Positions 1-4,543 of a stretch of DNA of 6,136 bases are shown here, one piece after another. The stretch comes from a virus. Location of the stretch: the IMG/VR virus record IMGVR_UViG_3300020030_000005, positions 1-6,136 of that record. One strand, 5' to 3'. The notes beneath the pieces were generated by a model, which ran no database searches, was not told the origin of the DNA, and worked only from the letters and a program-made list of their open reading frames with translations. Each line of letters opens with the position of its first letter. The stretch's first letter is position 1. The translations under genes were made by a program, and so were the position numbers.

Positions 1-97
1 ACTTCGTTCGGGGCGGTTCTCCGAACCGCGAAATGCGTCACCTCGCCACAATGGTGTAAACAATTGAATAAAGAACGATAGAAAAATGCGCGACCTC
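1..97. repeat. Left copy of an exact 97-nt terminal direct repeat (same as 6040..6136). This is a circular-genome assembly overlap, and the unit length is 6039 nt.
   Basis: Bases 1-97 (acttcgttcggggcggttctccgaaccgcg...aaaaatgcgcgacctc) reappear base-for-base at 6040-6136, running to the window edge. Gene content is a full microvirus complement. Confidence 0.95.
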
Positions 98-167
98 TCC
101 TGCAGTCGTTACCAATAACCTTCAGCAATTCACGAACTCTTGCAAAAGGGGTCCGCGCACGTAGCAT
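1..167 (-). CDS. 5' part (codons 1-55 plus 2 nt) of a junction-spanning 64-aa Arg-rich basic ORF. It continues at 6039 and stops at 6012. Hypothetical small basic, possibly DNA-binding, protein.
   Basis: I translated the minus strand by hand. ATG is at 167-165, and the in-frame upstream stop is TGA at 176-174. The frame stays open to base 1 and continues across the circular junction to TAA at 6014-6012. Product: MLRARTPFARVRELLKVIGNDCRRGRAFFYRSLFNCLHHCGEVTHFAVRRTAPNEVRVRHRSFP. It has 13 Arg, 1 Lys and 4 acidic residues. It starts 22 nt after the stop of the 98-aa gene and ends 12 nt before the ATG at 5999. It is missing from the ORF track only because the window is linearised inside it. Confidence 0.5.
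   Translation of the reverse strand, partial: MLRARTPFARVRELLKVIGNDCRRGRAFFYRSLFNCLHHCGEVTHFAVRRTAPNE
7..32. other. GC-rich stem-loop, also present at 6046..6071 as part of the duplicate. It lies inside the 64-aa ORF.
   Basis: gcggttc (13-19) pairs with gaaccgc (23-29) around a tcc loop. The stem is extended by ttc (7-9) pairing with gaa (30-32) across a ggg bulge. Confidence 0.5.
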
Positions 168-189
168 ATATCGTCAAGTAAAGAGGGTA

Positions 190-486
190 CTATTTTTCTT
201 CACCTTTAGAGGGTTTCGCAGCAGACTTCGACCTATCTATCTCTGAATCAATGAGTTCCTGACCAACCTCGAGGCCATCGAACTTATCCATACGGGAGAA
301 CGAATTAGGGTCGAAATCAATCTCGGGATTGAACTTATCACCCTTATCAAAATCAGAAGGTTCTACCACTACATCCGGACGGCCAGGAAGGACGTCGACA
401 GAACCAGAACCATCAAGAACGGAGAGAATGCGCTGACCGCGAGAAACGTAGGCGGGAGCATCTTCAAGTAACCAGTTAAGTGCCAT
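190..486 (-). CDS. Hypothetical acidic 98-aa protein immediately downstream of VP1
   Basis: ATG at 486-484 lies 12 nt after the VP1 stop. The gene is on the same strand as all hallmark genes. It has 21 Asp+Glu against 12 Lys+Arg, with Asp-rich stretches (EPSDFDKGDKFNPEIDFDPNSF). I recognise no family. Confidence 0.7.
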   Translation of the reverse strand: MALNWLLEDAPAYVSRGQRILSVLDGSGSVDVLPGRPDVVVEPSDFDKGDKFNPEIDFDPNSFSRMDKFDGLEVGQELIDSEIDRSKSAAKPSKGEEK

Positions 487-498
487 AAGATCAATGTG

Positions 499-2289
499 TT
501 AACGATTAGACAAACGAGTTGCAAATGTTTTATTAACCAGGTTCTTCTTCTGGACAGAATACGAAAGATTGACAAAGAAGTTATCTTCCAGGTTGGAGTA
601 AAACGGAGAGTTTACCTGACCAACGTCCACGAACAAAAGGGAATAATACTTATTATAGCTCGCCGACAGAACACGCTGTTGAACCCAATAACTATAAAGA
701 GGAATAGAGCCGTGGCTCGTTTGGAATCGAGACAGCTGACCAAGAACCTCGTCAAACGAGGACCGAAACTCGTTGAAACACGGTTCGTAGGCCACAGCTT
801 CCGAGGCCGAAGTGGTTCCGAATCCGAATTGGAATCCGGGAACGTCTTGATACCCAATGTCATTATAGATCGGATTAAAATAATCGGCACCAGTATAATG
901 GAGATAGTCAGGGTAAACACCGGCCCAATAGTAGACGGGGCGAATGCTCAGCATATCAATCATATAGCCAGGCTCGCGGAAGTAATAAGACTGACGGCGA
1001 CCGAGACGATCATTGAAAGCAATAGAGCCGCCCTGCTGACCGAGCGGGCCCATCGACGAATCGCCGCCAAAATTGTTAAATCCGGCCTGATTCATAATAA
1101 TCTGAACGTTAACAGCCTGAGATGCGCTAAACAGCAATTTAGGCCGATCGACGTGTTCGATTTTTGAAGCAAAAAAGGTCTCCAACCAATCACTATAACG
1201 AGAACCGCCAGCACCAAGTAGATCTTTATATTCCTGAAGCCGCGAAGCAATAGCCAGCTGCGGTATGGTAGAAACGCCGGACATGGAGATACCTTCGGAA
1301 CTACCAACAGGAAGCAATCGACTATAGCGATCGGGATTCGAAGGTATAACGGCCATCGGATGGGCAACAAGGAACGATCCAAGCGTAGTAACAGTTGTAT
1401 CGGCAGCGGCAGTAGCGAATTGACTTGCAGGACCCGCGGTGGATAGCGTAGTACTTCCGGGATAAATGGTAGAGACGGGGTAACCATCTTTGGATGCGGT
1501 AATCGTAGTGCCAAGGTCTGAAAGCAATATCTGAGAGAAGAGATTTCCTCTGTTATATGTATTGTTCGACGACGGCACAGACGAAGGATAGAATTGACTC
1601 TCAAAATAAGCGTCTAGGAATTCAAGACTCCCGAATCTTTGCGAGAAAAACGTCATCTTGTCACTAAACTGAGGAACATTATACGCAGCACCGGTACTAT
1701 TGGGAATGAAATACCAAGAACTAGGCCAAGCGAAAGAATAGAGTCCCCACTGGGAATAACTGTAGTAATTGCGAACAATGTCCCAATAAGCAAGATAAGA
1801 ATCGGCATTACACCAACCTAAAGGATACGCCAACTGAGCCGTTGTGAGATTAGAAGACATCGGAACATTACTCGAGGTCGTAGCCGGTATAGACGCGGGA
1901 ATAACGCGCAACCAACGAAGCAGCGAATTAGAATAAGGATAGTTGTTGGTCGTAAATTCGTACGAACCAGTAGAAGAAGAGGCAATAAAATTCAAACTCA
2001 AATCGTTCATATCAAACTTACTACTGTTCGTTCGCATCTCCGGATGGTACAGCTGCAAAGGCACCCAGAAACGGTGAAGTCGAATGGTGTAGGGGTTAAA
2101 TGACGGAACAGCGAGGGGGTTACTACGAACGTCGATGCCTTGCTCGATGGACACACGGTCTCGAGCATTGATAAAGTCAATTCGCACTGGATACAAAATA
2201 CCCGGTGTGCACGTAAAAGCTTTACTCTCAGGAACATCATAACGAGAGTAGCCATTAACGGCGTGAGAAATAAAAGGTTGTTTTCCCAT
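499..2289 (-). CDS. VP1: Microviridae major capsid protein (VP1 / F-like jelly-roll)
   Basis: 596 aa with an ATG start. The N-terminal strand pattern is typical of gokushovirus-type VP1 (FTCTPGILYPVRIDF...RLHRFWVPLQLY, compare TTFDAGYLIPI...FFVPLRL). Conserved C-terminal blocks are YYFREPGYMIDMLSIRPVYYWAG and YEPCFNEFRSSFDEVLGQL...YSYW. It sits 3 nt downstream of the Rep stop. Confidence 0.95.
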   Translation of the reverse strand: MGKQPFISHAVNGYSRYDVPESKAFTCTPGILYPVRIDFINARDRVSIEQGIDVRSNPLAVPSFNPYTIRLHRFWVPLQLYHPEMRTNSSKFDMNDLSLNFIASSSTGSYEFTTNNYPYSNSLLRWLRVIPASIPATTSSNVPMSSNLTTAQLAYPLGWCNADSYLAYWDIVRNYYSYSQWGLYSFAWPSSWYFIPNSTGAAYNVPQFSDKMTFFSQRFGSLEFLDAYFESQFYPSSVPSSNNTYNRGNLFSQILLSDLGTTITASKDGYPVSTIYPGSTTLSTAGPASQFATAAADTTVTTLGSFLVAHPMAVIPSNPDRYSRLLPVGSSEGISMSGVSTIPQLAIASRLQEYKDLLGAGGSRYSDWLETFFASKIEHVDRPKLLFSASQAVNVQIIMNQAGFNNFGGDSSMGPLGQQGGSIAFNDRLGRRQSYYFREPGYMIDMLSIRPVYYWAGVYPDYLHYTGADYFNPIYNDIGYQDVPGFQFGFGTTSASEAVAYEPCFNEFRSSFDEVLGQLSRFQTSHGSIPLYSYWVQQRVLSASYNKYYSLLFVDVGQVNSPFYSNLEDNFFVNLSYSVQKKNLVNKTFATRLSNR

Positions 2290-2292
2290 AAA

Positions 2293-3363
2293 TTAAATGT
2301 TTAGTTGAAGTTTATAATGATCTCTCCAAAACTGAAGAACATCCAGGTCTAGCCAAGTAGGGGGGTCAAAATCGGGCATCTTGCGAGAGGACGCGGCAAA
2401 ACGCATCATTTGCTTTTGCTCCCACGTATACGACGCTCTACGGGATACGGAGGAATTGAGGCCGAACCGCTCAACACACAGAGACACAACACGCTTAACC
2501 AGAGAAGACTTGCTAAAACGTGCATAAGCATCAGCAGCGGTAATCGAGCGCGAAACGTCGTCTTCCTGTTTGAGATACTTAAGATAATATCGAGGAATCG
2601 AGTAGTTATAATTGATACGCTTCTCAAAATCGAAATAAGACCACGACGAAGTACGAGCAGAAGGGCGAGGCATATAACCAAGAAAATCACCAACGCCAGC
2701 AGATACGAATTTTCGCGTATAACGGCGATGTTGGAGGAGGCAAGATAAAGGTGTATAGTTTCCATCTATGGTAACAAATTTGTCCGAAATTTCTTCGGGA
2801 TTAAACTGAATCTGTTTAGTAACATACTTAACGCAGTAACGAGCACGCTTATGGGTAGCCTTCGCTAACCAGACAAAACCAAGATCGCGGACGGCCGCTC
2901 GAATCTGATTATACATACAATTGGTTCCGAACAGGAAACCGTGGAAATGTAGACGAGGCGCCAAGCCTGTTTCCGGGTGAGTGCCGAACTCTTGGAAAAA
3001 CGCGTGCTTAAAAGAGTGTCCGAGCGTGTGACGAACTCGCTCATTCCATCGCCGAATAAACTTAGAGGGGTTCAGCAATGCTTCATTGTAATACGCAGGA
3101 GCTATGGTTATCGTAATAAAAATAGCCTGCTGAGACTCAGCCTTACAACGAGCGAGTTCGCGTTCCAACCGAACGAACCAATCATTGCGCTGACGACGCA
3201 AACAGTCTTCGCACTTTCCGCAGGGGACCATAAGCCACTGACGGGCGACATCCCAGGGACGGAGGGCCAAAGCGGACTTTGCAACGTCAGAGCCGTTACG
3301 ACAGGGATTCTTCTTGTCGAAATAGCGACGATTGCGTATCCATATGGGCGACGAGCAAGGCAT
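2293..3363 (-). CDS. VP4: Rolling-circle replication initiation protein (VP4 / phiX A-like HUH endonuclease)
   Basis: 356 aa. The N-terminal Cys cluster PCGKCEDC is at nt 3202-3225. Motif 1 FITITI is at nt 3103-3120. The HUH motif LHFH(GFLF) is at nt 2941-2952. The double-Tyr catalytic motif YCVKYVTK (Y-x3-Y, as in phiX174 A YVAKYVNK) is at nt 2815-2838. Confidence 0.93.
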   Translation of the reverse strand: MPCSSPIWIRNRRYFDKKNPCRNGSDVAKSALALRPWDVARQWLMVPCGKCEDCLRRQRNDWFVRLERELARCKAESQQAIFITITIAPAYYNEALLNPSKFIRRWNERVRHTLGHSFKHAFFQEFGTHPETGLAPRLHFHGFLFGTNCMYNQIRAAVRDLGFVWLAKATHKRARYCVKYVTKQIQFNPEEISDKFVTIDGNYTPLSCLLQHRRYTRKFVSAGVGDFLGYMPRPSARTSSWSYFDFEKRINYNYSIPRYYLKYLKQEDDVSRSITAADAYARFSKSSLVKRVVSLCVERFGLNSSVSRRASYTWEQKQMMRFAASSRKMPDFDPPTWLDLDVLQFWRDHYKLQLNI

Positions 3364-3563
3364 TACAATAAACTTCTAAGACAGTCAAATCTAATAGCAG
3401 GATAATCGAGACGACAGCGAATGAGGTAATCATTAGCGGGTTCTTCGTCGGCAAACCAGGCGATAACAACTCGCTTCTTACCGCGATATGCTGCAATAGA
3501 AAAACGATAGGGAATACTGTTAATCACAGGAGAAAAACGGGGACGAAAATCAAACTTATCCAT
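3363..3563 (-). CDS. Hypothetical 66-aa protein translationally coupled to VP4
   Basis: ATG at 3563-3561. The stop TAA (3365-3363) overlaps the VP4 ATG (3363-3361) as TAATG. No alternative in-frame ATG/GTG/TTG occurs upstream before the in-frame TAG. I recognise no family. Confidence 0.6.
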   Translation of the reverse strand: MDKFDFRPRFSPVINSIPYRFSIAAYRGKKRVVIAWFADEEPANDYLIRCRLDYPAIRFDCLRSLL

Positions 3564-3582
3564 AATCGTAGAATAATACTTT

Positions 3583-3611
3583 GCGCTTCGAAAGACGGTA
3601 CTTTCGAGCGC
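3583..3611. other. Stem-loop of 11 bp with one bulge and a 6-nt loop, located in the long intergenic region
   Basis: gcgct(t)cgaaag at 3583-3594 pairs with ctttcgagcgc at 3601-3611. The loop is acggta. Confidence 0.6.
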
Positions 3612-3631
3612 GAGAACTACTTCGTTCCGCC

Positions 3632-3672
3632 GGCCGACCGCCTAACGGCGGGGACGCTGCGCGTCTTCGGCC
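3632..3672. other. GC-rich three-way junction (Y-shaped fold) of 16 bp within 41 nt
   Basis: The outer stem is ggccga (3632-3637) with tcggcc (3667-3672). Arm 1 is ccgcc (3638-3642) with ggcgg (3647-3651), loop taac. Arm 2 is gacgc (3653-3657) with gcgtc (3661-3665), loop tgc. All pairings were read directly and hold on either strand. Confidence 0.55.
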
Positions 3673-3699
3673 TCCATGGCTCCACTTCGTGGTCTATAT

Positions 3700-3715
3700 A
3701 CCGGATAAATCCGGT
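3700..3715. other. Perfect 6-bp hairpin with a tetraloop. On the coding strand it is followed by TATATAG.
   Basis: accgga (3700-3705), loop taaa, tccggt (3710-3715). Confidence 0.5.
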
Positions 3716-3727
3716 GAGTTTGCGGAC

Positions 3728-3763
3728 AAAAAACTCCCAAGGAGAGAAAACCTCTCCCGGGAG
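3728..3763 (-). terminator. Rho-independent terminator downstream of the 107-aa gene
   Basis: The coding strand reads CTCCC-G-GGAGAG-GTTTT-CTCTCC-TT-GGGAG followed by TTTTTT. That is 11 bp of G/C-rich stem (3734-3738 with 3759-3763, and 3741-3746 with 3752-3757) plus a T6 tract (3733-3728). It begins 45 nt after the stop at 3809-3811. Confidence 0.7.
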
Positions 3764-3808
3764 CTTCACGGTCAAAGAACTCTTCCACCAAGAGGGCGGA
3801 TTACAACT

Positions 3809-4132
3809 TTAGCTCCTCTTCCTTTCTTCTTTCGGCGTGCTTTCATCGGAATCGAGATTAAAATCAAACATAAGGACCAGTGTATTATCGAAAAAATCGA
3901 CCGAAAAATGCGGATAGGCGGCAAGGTCAACTAAGAGACGAGAGACAAGGCTATGGGGAATATAAGGCATATCCGAAATAGCCGAACGAACGAAGTGACC
4001 GAAAATGGGAGTATCCTCGAAGATATTCAGGGACAACGGCGAAAACTGCCCATCTTTAAGATAGCCGACATGGGCAAGGTCAACATCAAGAGCCGGATTA
4101 ACGCGGCGAAGAACGATATGAATCTGTGTCAT
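3809..4132 (-). CDS. Hypothetical 107-aa protein with an acidic C-terminal tail, in the VP3-equivalent position
   Basis: I prefer the ATG at 4132-4130 (MTQIHIVLRR...), which lies 11 nt after the upstream stop. The longer track ORF (to 4204) starts on TTG and would overlap the upstream gene by 61 nt. The C-terminus is FDFNLDSDESTPKEERKRS. I recognise no family. Confidence 0.6.
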   Translation of the reverse strand: MTQIHIVLRRVNPALDVDLAHVGYLKDGQFSPLSLNIFEDTPIFGHFVRSAISDMPYIPHSLVSRLLVDLAAYPHFSVDFFDNTLVLMFDFNLDSDESTPKEERKRS

Positions 4133-4143
4133 AACAATGTAAT

Positions 4144-4464
4144 TTAAATTTGCGATTGAAATCTGAGATAAAAACGCTTCCAAGCTTCGGAATATTTTCT
4201 CCAAAAATCATAACCCTCGGGCGTCGTATCAAACAAGAAAGCGGTGGAAATGAGGTAGGTAGGGCCTAAACTCGGGTTGCAAAGAGAACGCCGAATATGG
4301 GCGCGCAAACGTTCACGAAAACCCCCGTAGGGCGAAACGACGACATCGTAGTTCGTCTTAAAGGCGACGAATAACCTATGGCGAACGAGCCACTCGGTAA
4401 ACGCGTACTCGAGAACGTCGACAATCAAATCGCCAGCCTTAAAACTTTTACTGTCCTTTTTCAT
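4144..4464 (-). CDS. Hypothetical 106-aa basic protein
   Basis: I prefer the internal ATG at 4464-4462 (MKKDSKSFKAGDLIV...). It lies downstream of the VP2 stop and of a TAnnTTTG box. The track ORF start at 4764 would overlap VP2 by 221 nt. I recognise no family. Confidence 0.65.
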   Translation of the reverse strand: MKKDSKSFKAGDLIVDVLEYAFTEWLVRHRLFVAFKTNYDVVVSPYGGFRERLRAHIRRSLCNPSLGPTYLISTAFLFDTTPEGYDFWRKYSEAWKRFYLRFQSQI

Positions 4465-4489
4465 AGTATTGTGGTTATTGGTTACGACA

Positions 4490-4497
4490 CAAAAATA
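4490..4497 (-). promoter_or_regulatory. Candidate Bacteroidota-type -7 promoter element (TAnnTTTG)
   Basis: The coding strand reads TATTTTTG, an exact match to TAnnTTTG. It sits in the 79-nt VP2/106-aa spacer, 25 nt upstream of the ATG at 4464. A TTTG lies further upstream (in AACTTTTTGAAC), but its 26-nt spacing is longer than the canonical -33 position. Confidence 0.4.
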
Positions 4498-4543
4498 CGA
4501 CACAAGAAACAAGCGATAAAGTTCAAAAAGTTGGGGGACTTGT

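Noticed and set aside
82-159. Long-range stem (tgcgcgacc at 87-95 with ggtccgcgca at 150-159) followed on the coding strand by T5, resembling a terminator after the 98-aa gene
   Set aside because: The enclosed loop is 54 nt, far from an intrinsic-terminator geometry. The whole element lies inside the 64-aa junction-spanning ORF.
277-291. A 15-nt near-repeat (14/15 identical) with 3549-3563. Both encode MDKFD, once inside the 98-aa protein and once at the start of the 66-aa protein.
   Set aside because: The expected number of such matches in a 6-kb genome is close to 1, and no further similarity extends on either side.
496-1167. Long plus-strand ORF (223 aa). Other plus-strand ORFs are at 1639-1821, 2410-2748, 2977-3405, 3953-4147, 4589-4921, 5027-5416 and 5606-5830.
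   Set aside because: All are antisense shadows of strongly supported minus-strand genes. Their products are low-complexity or Arg/Ile-rich with no recognisable motifs, and Microviridae transcribe a single strand.
612-2765. Minus-strand ORFs nested in alternative frames of VP1 and VP4 (612-920, 1092-1604, 2007-2255, 2406-2765)
   Set aside because: They lie entirely inside well-supported genes and give Leu/Arg/Ile-rich products without motifs. Nothing distinguishes them from chance open frames.
3296-3496. Alternative 66-aa minus-strand ORF overlapping the 66-aa gene and the VP4 start
   Set aside because: It competes with the 3363-3563 ORF, which has the tidy TAATG coupling to VP4. This one would overlap both neighbours out of frame.
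3619-3627. Shared 9-mer acttcgttc next to GC hairpins at 1-9 (=6040-6048) and 3619-3627. A related acttcgt is at 3684-3690, and an inverted 12-mer cgaacgaagtga is at 3987-3998. I considered these as a Rep nick site or iteron.
   Set aside because: Rough arithmetic gives an expectation of about 0.2 for a 9-mer shared between two ~240-nt regions. For a 12-mer inverted repeat anywhere in 6 kb the expectation is about 1. This is chance level without conservation data.
3694-3733. Candidate promoter after the terminator (TTTG / TTGTCC ... TATATAG on the coding strand)
   Set aside because: Spacing fits neither sigma-70 (a 23-nt spacer) nor the Bacteroides -33/-7 consensus, and the downstream box is not TAnnTTTG. 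It is too weak to call.
3620-3808. The frame of the 107-aa gene stays open for 63 more codons after its TAA stop, which could suggest readthrough or a recoded stop
   Set aside because: The extension runs through the terminator and GC-rich hairpins. GC-rich sequence is naturally stop-poor. Every other gene in the genome ends cleanly on standard stops, including TAA, so recoding is not supported.
3581-3934. Plus-strand 117-aa Arg-rich ORF covering the GC-rich intergenic region
   Set aside because: It starts on TTG and is on the wrong strand for this virus family. Its basic composition follows from the GC-rich hairpin sequence (CGN/GCN codons). Its 3' part is antisense to the 107-aa gene.
4133-4204. 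Longer version of the 107-aa gene starting at 4204 (131 aa in the track)
   Set aside because: The codon at 4204-4202 is TTG, not ATG. It would overlap the upstream gene by 61 nt, whereas the ATG at 4132 follows the upstream stop by 11 nt.
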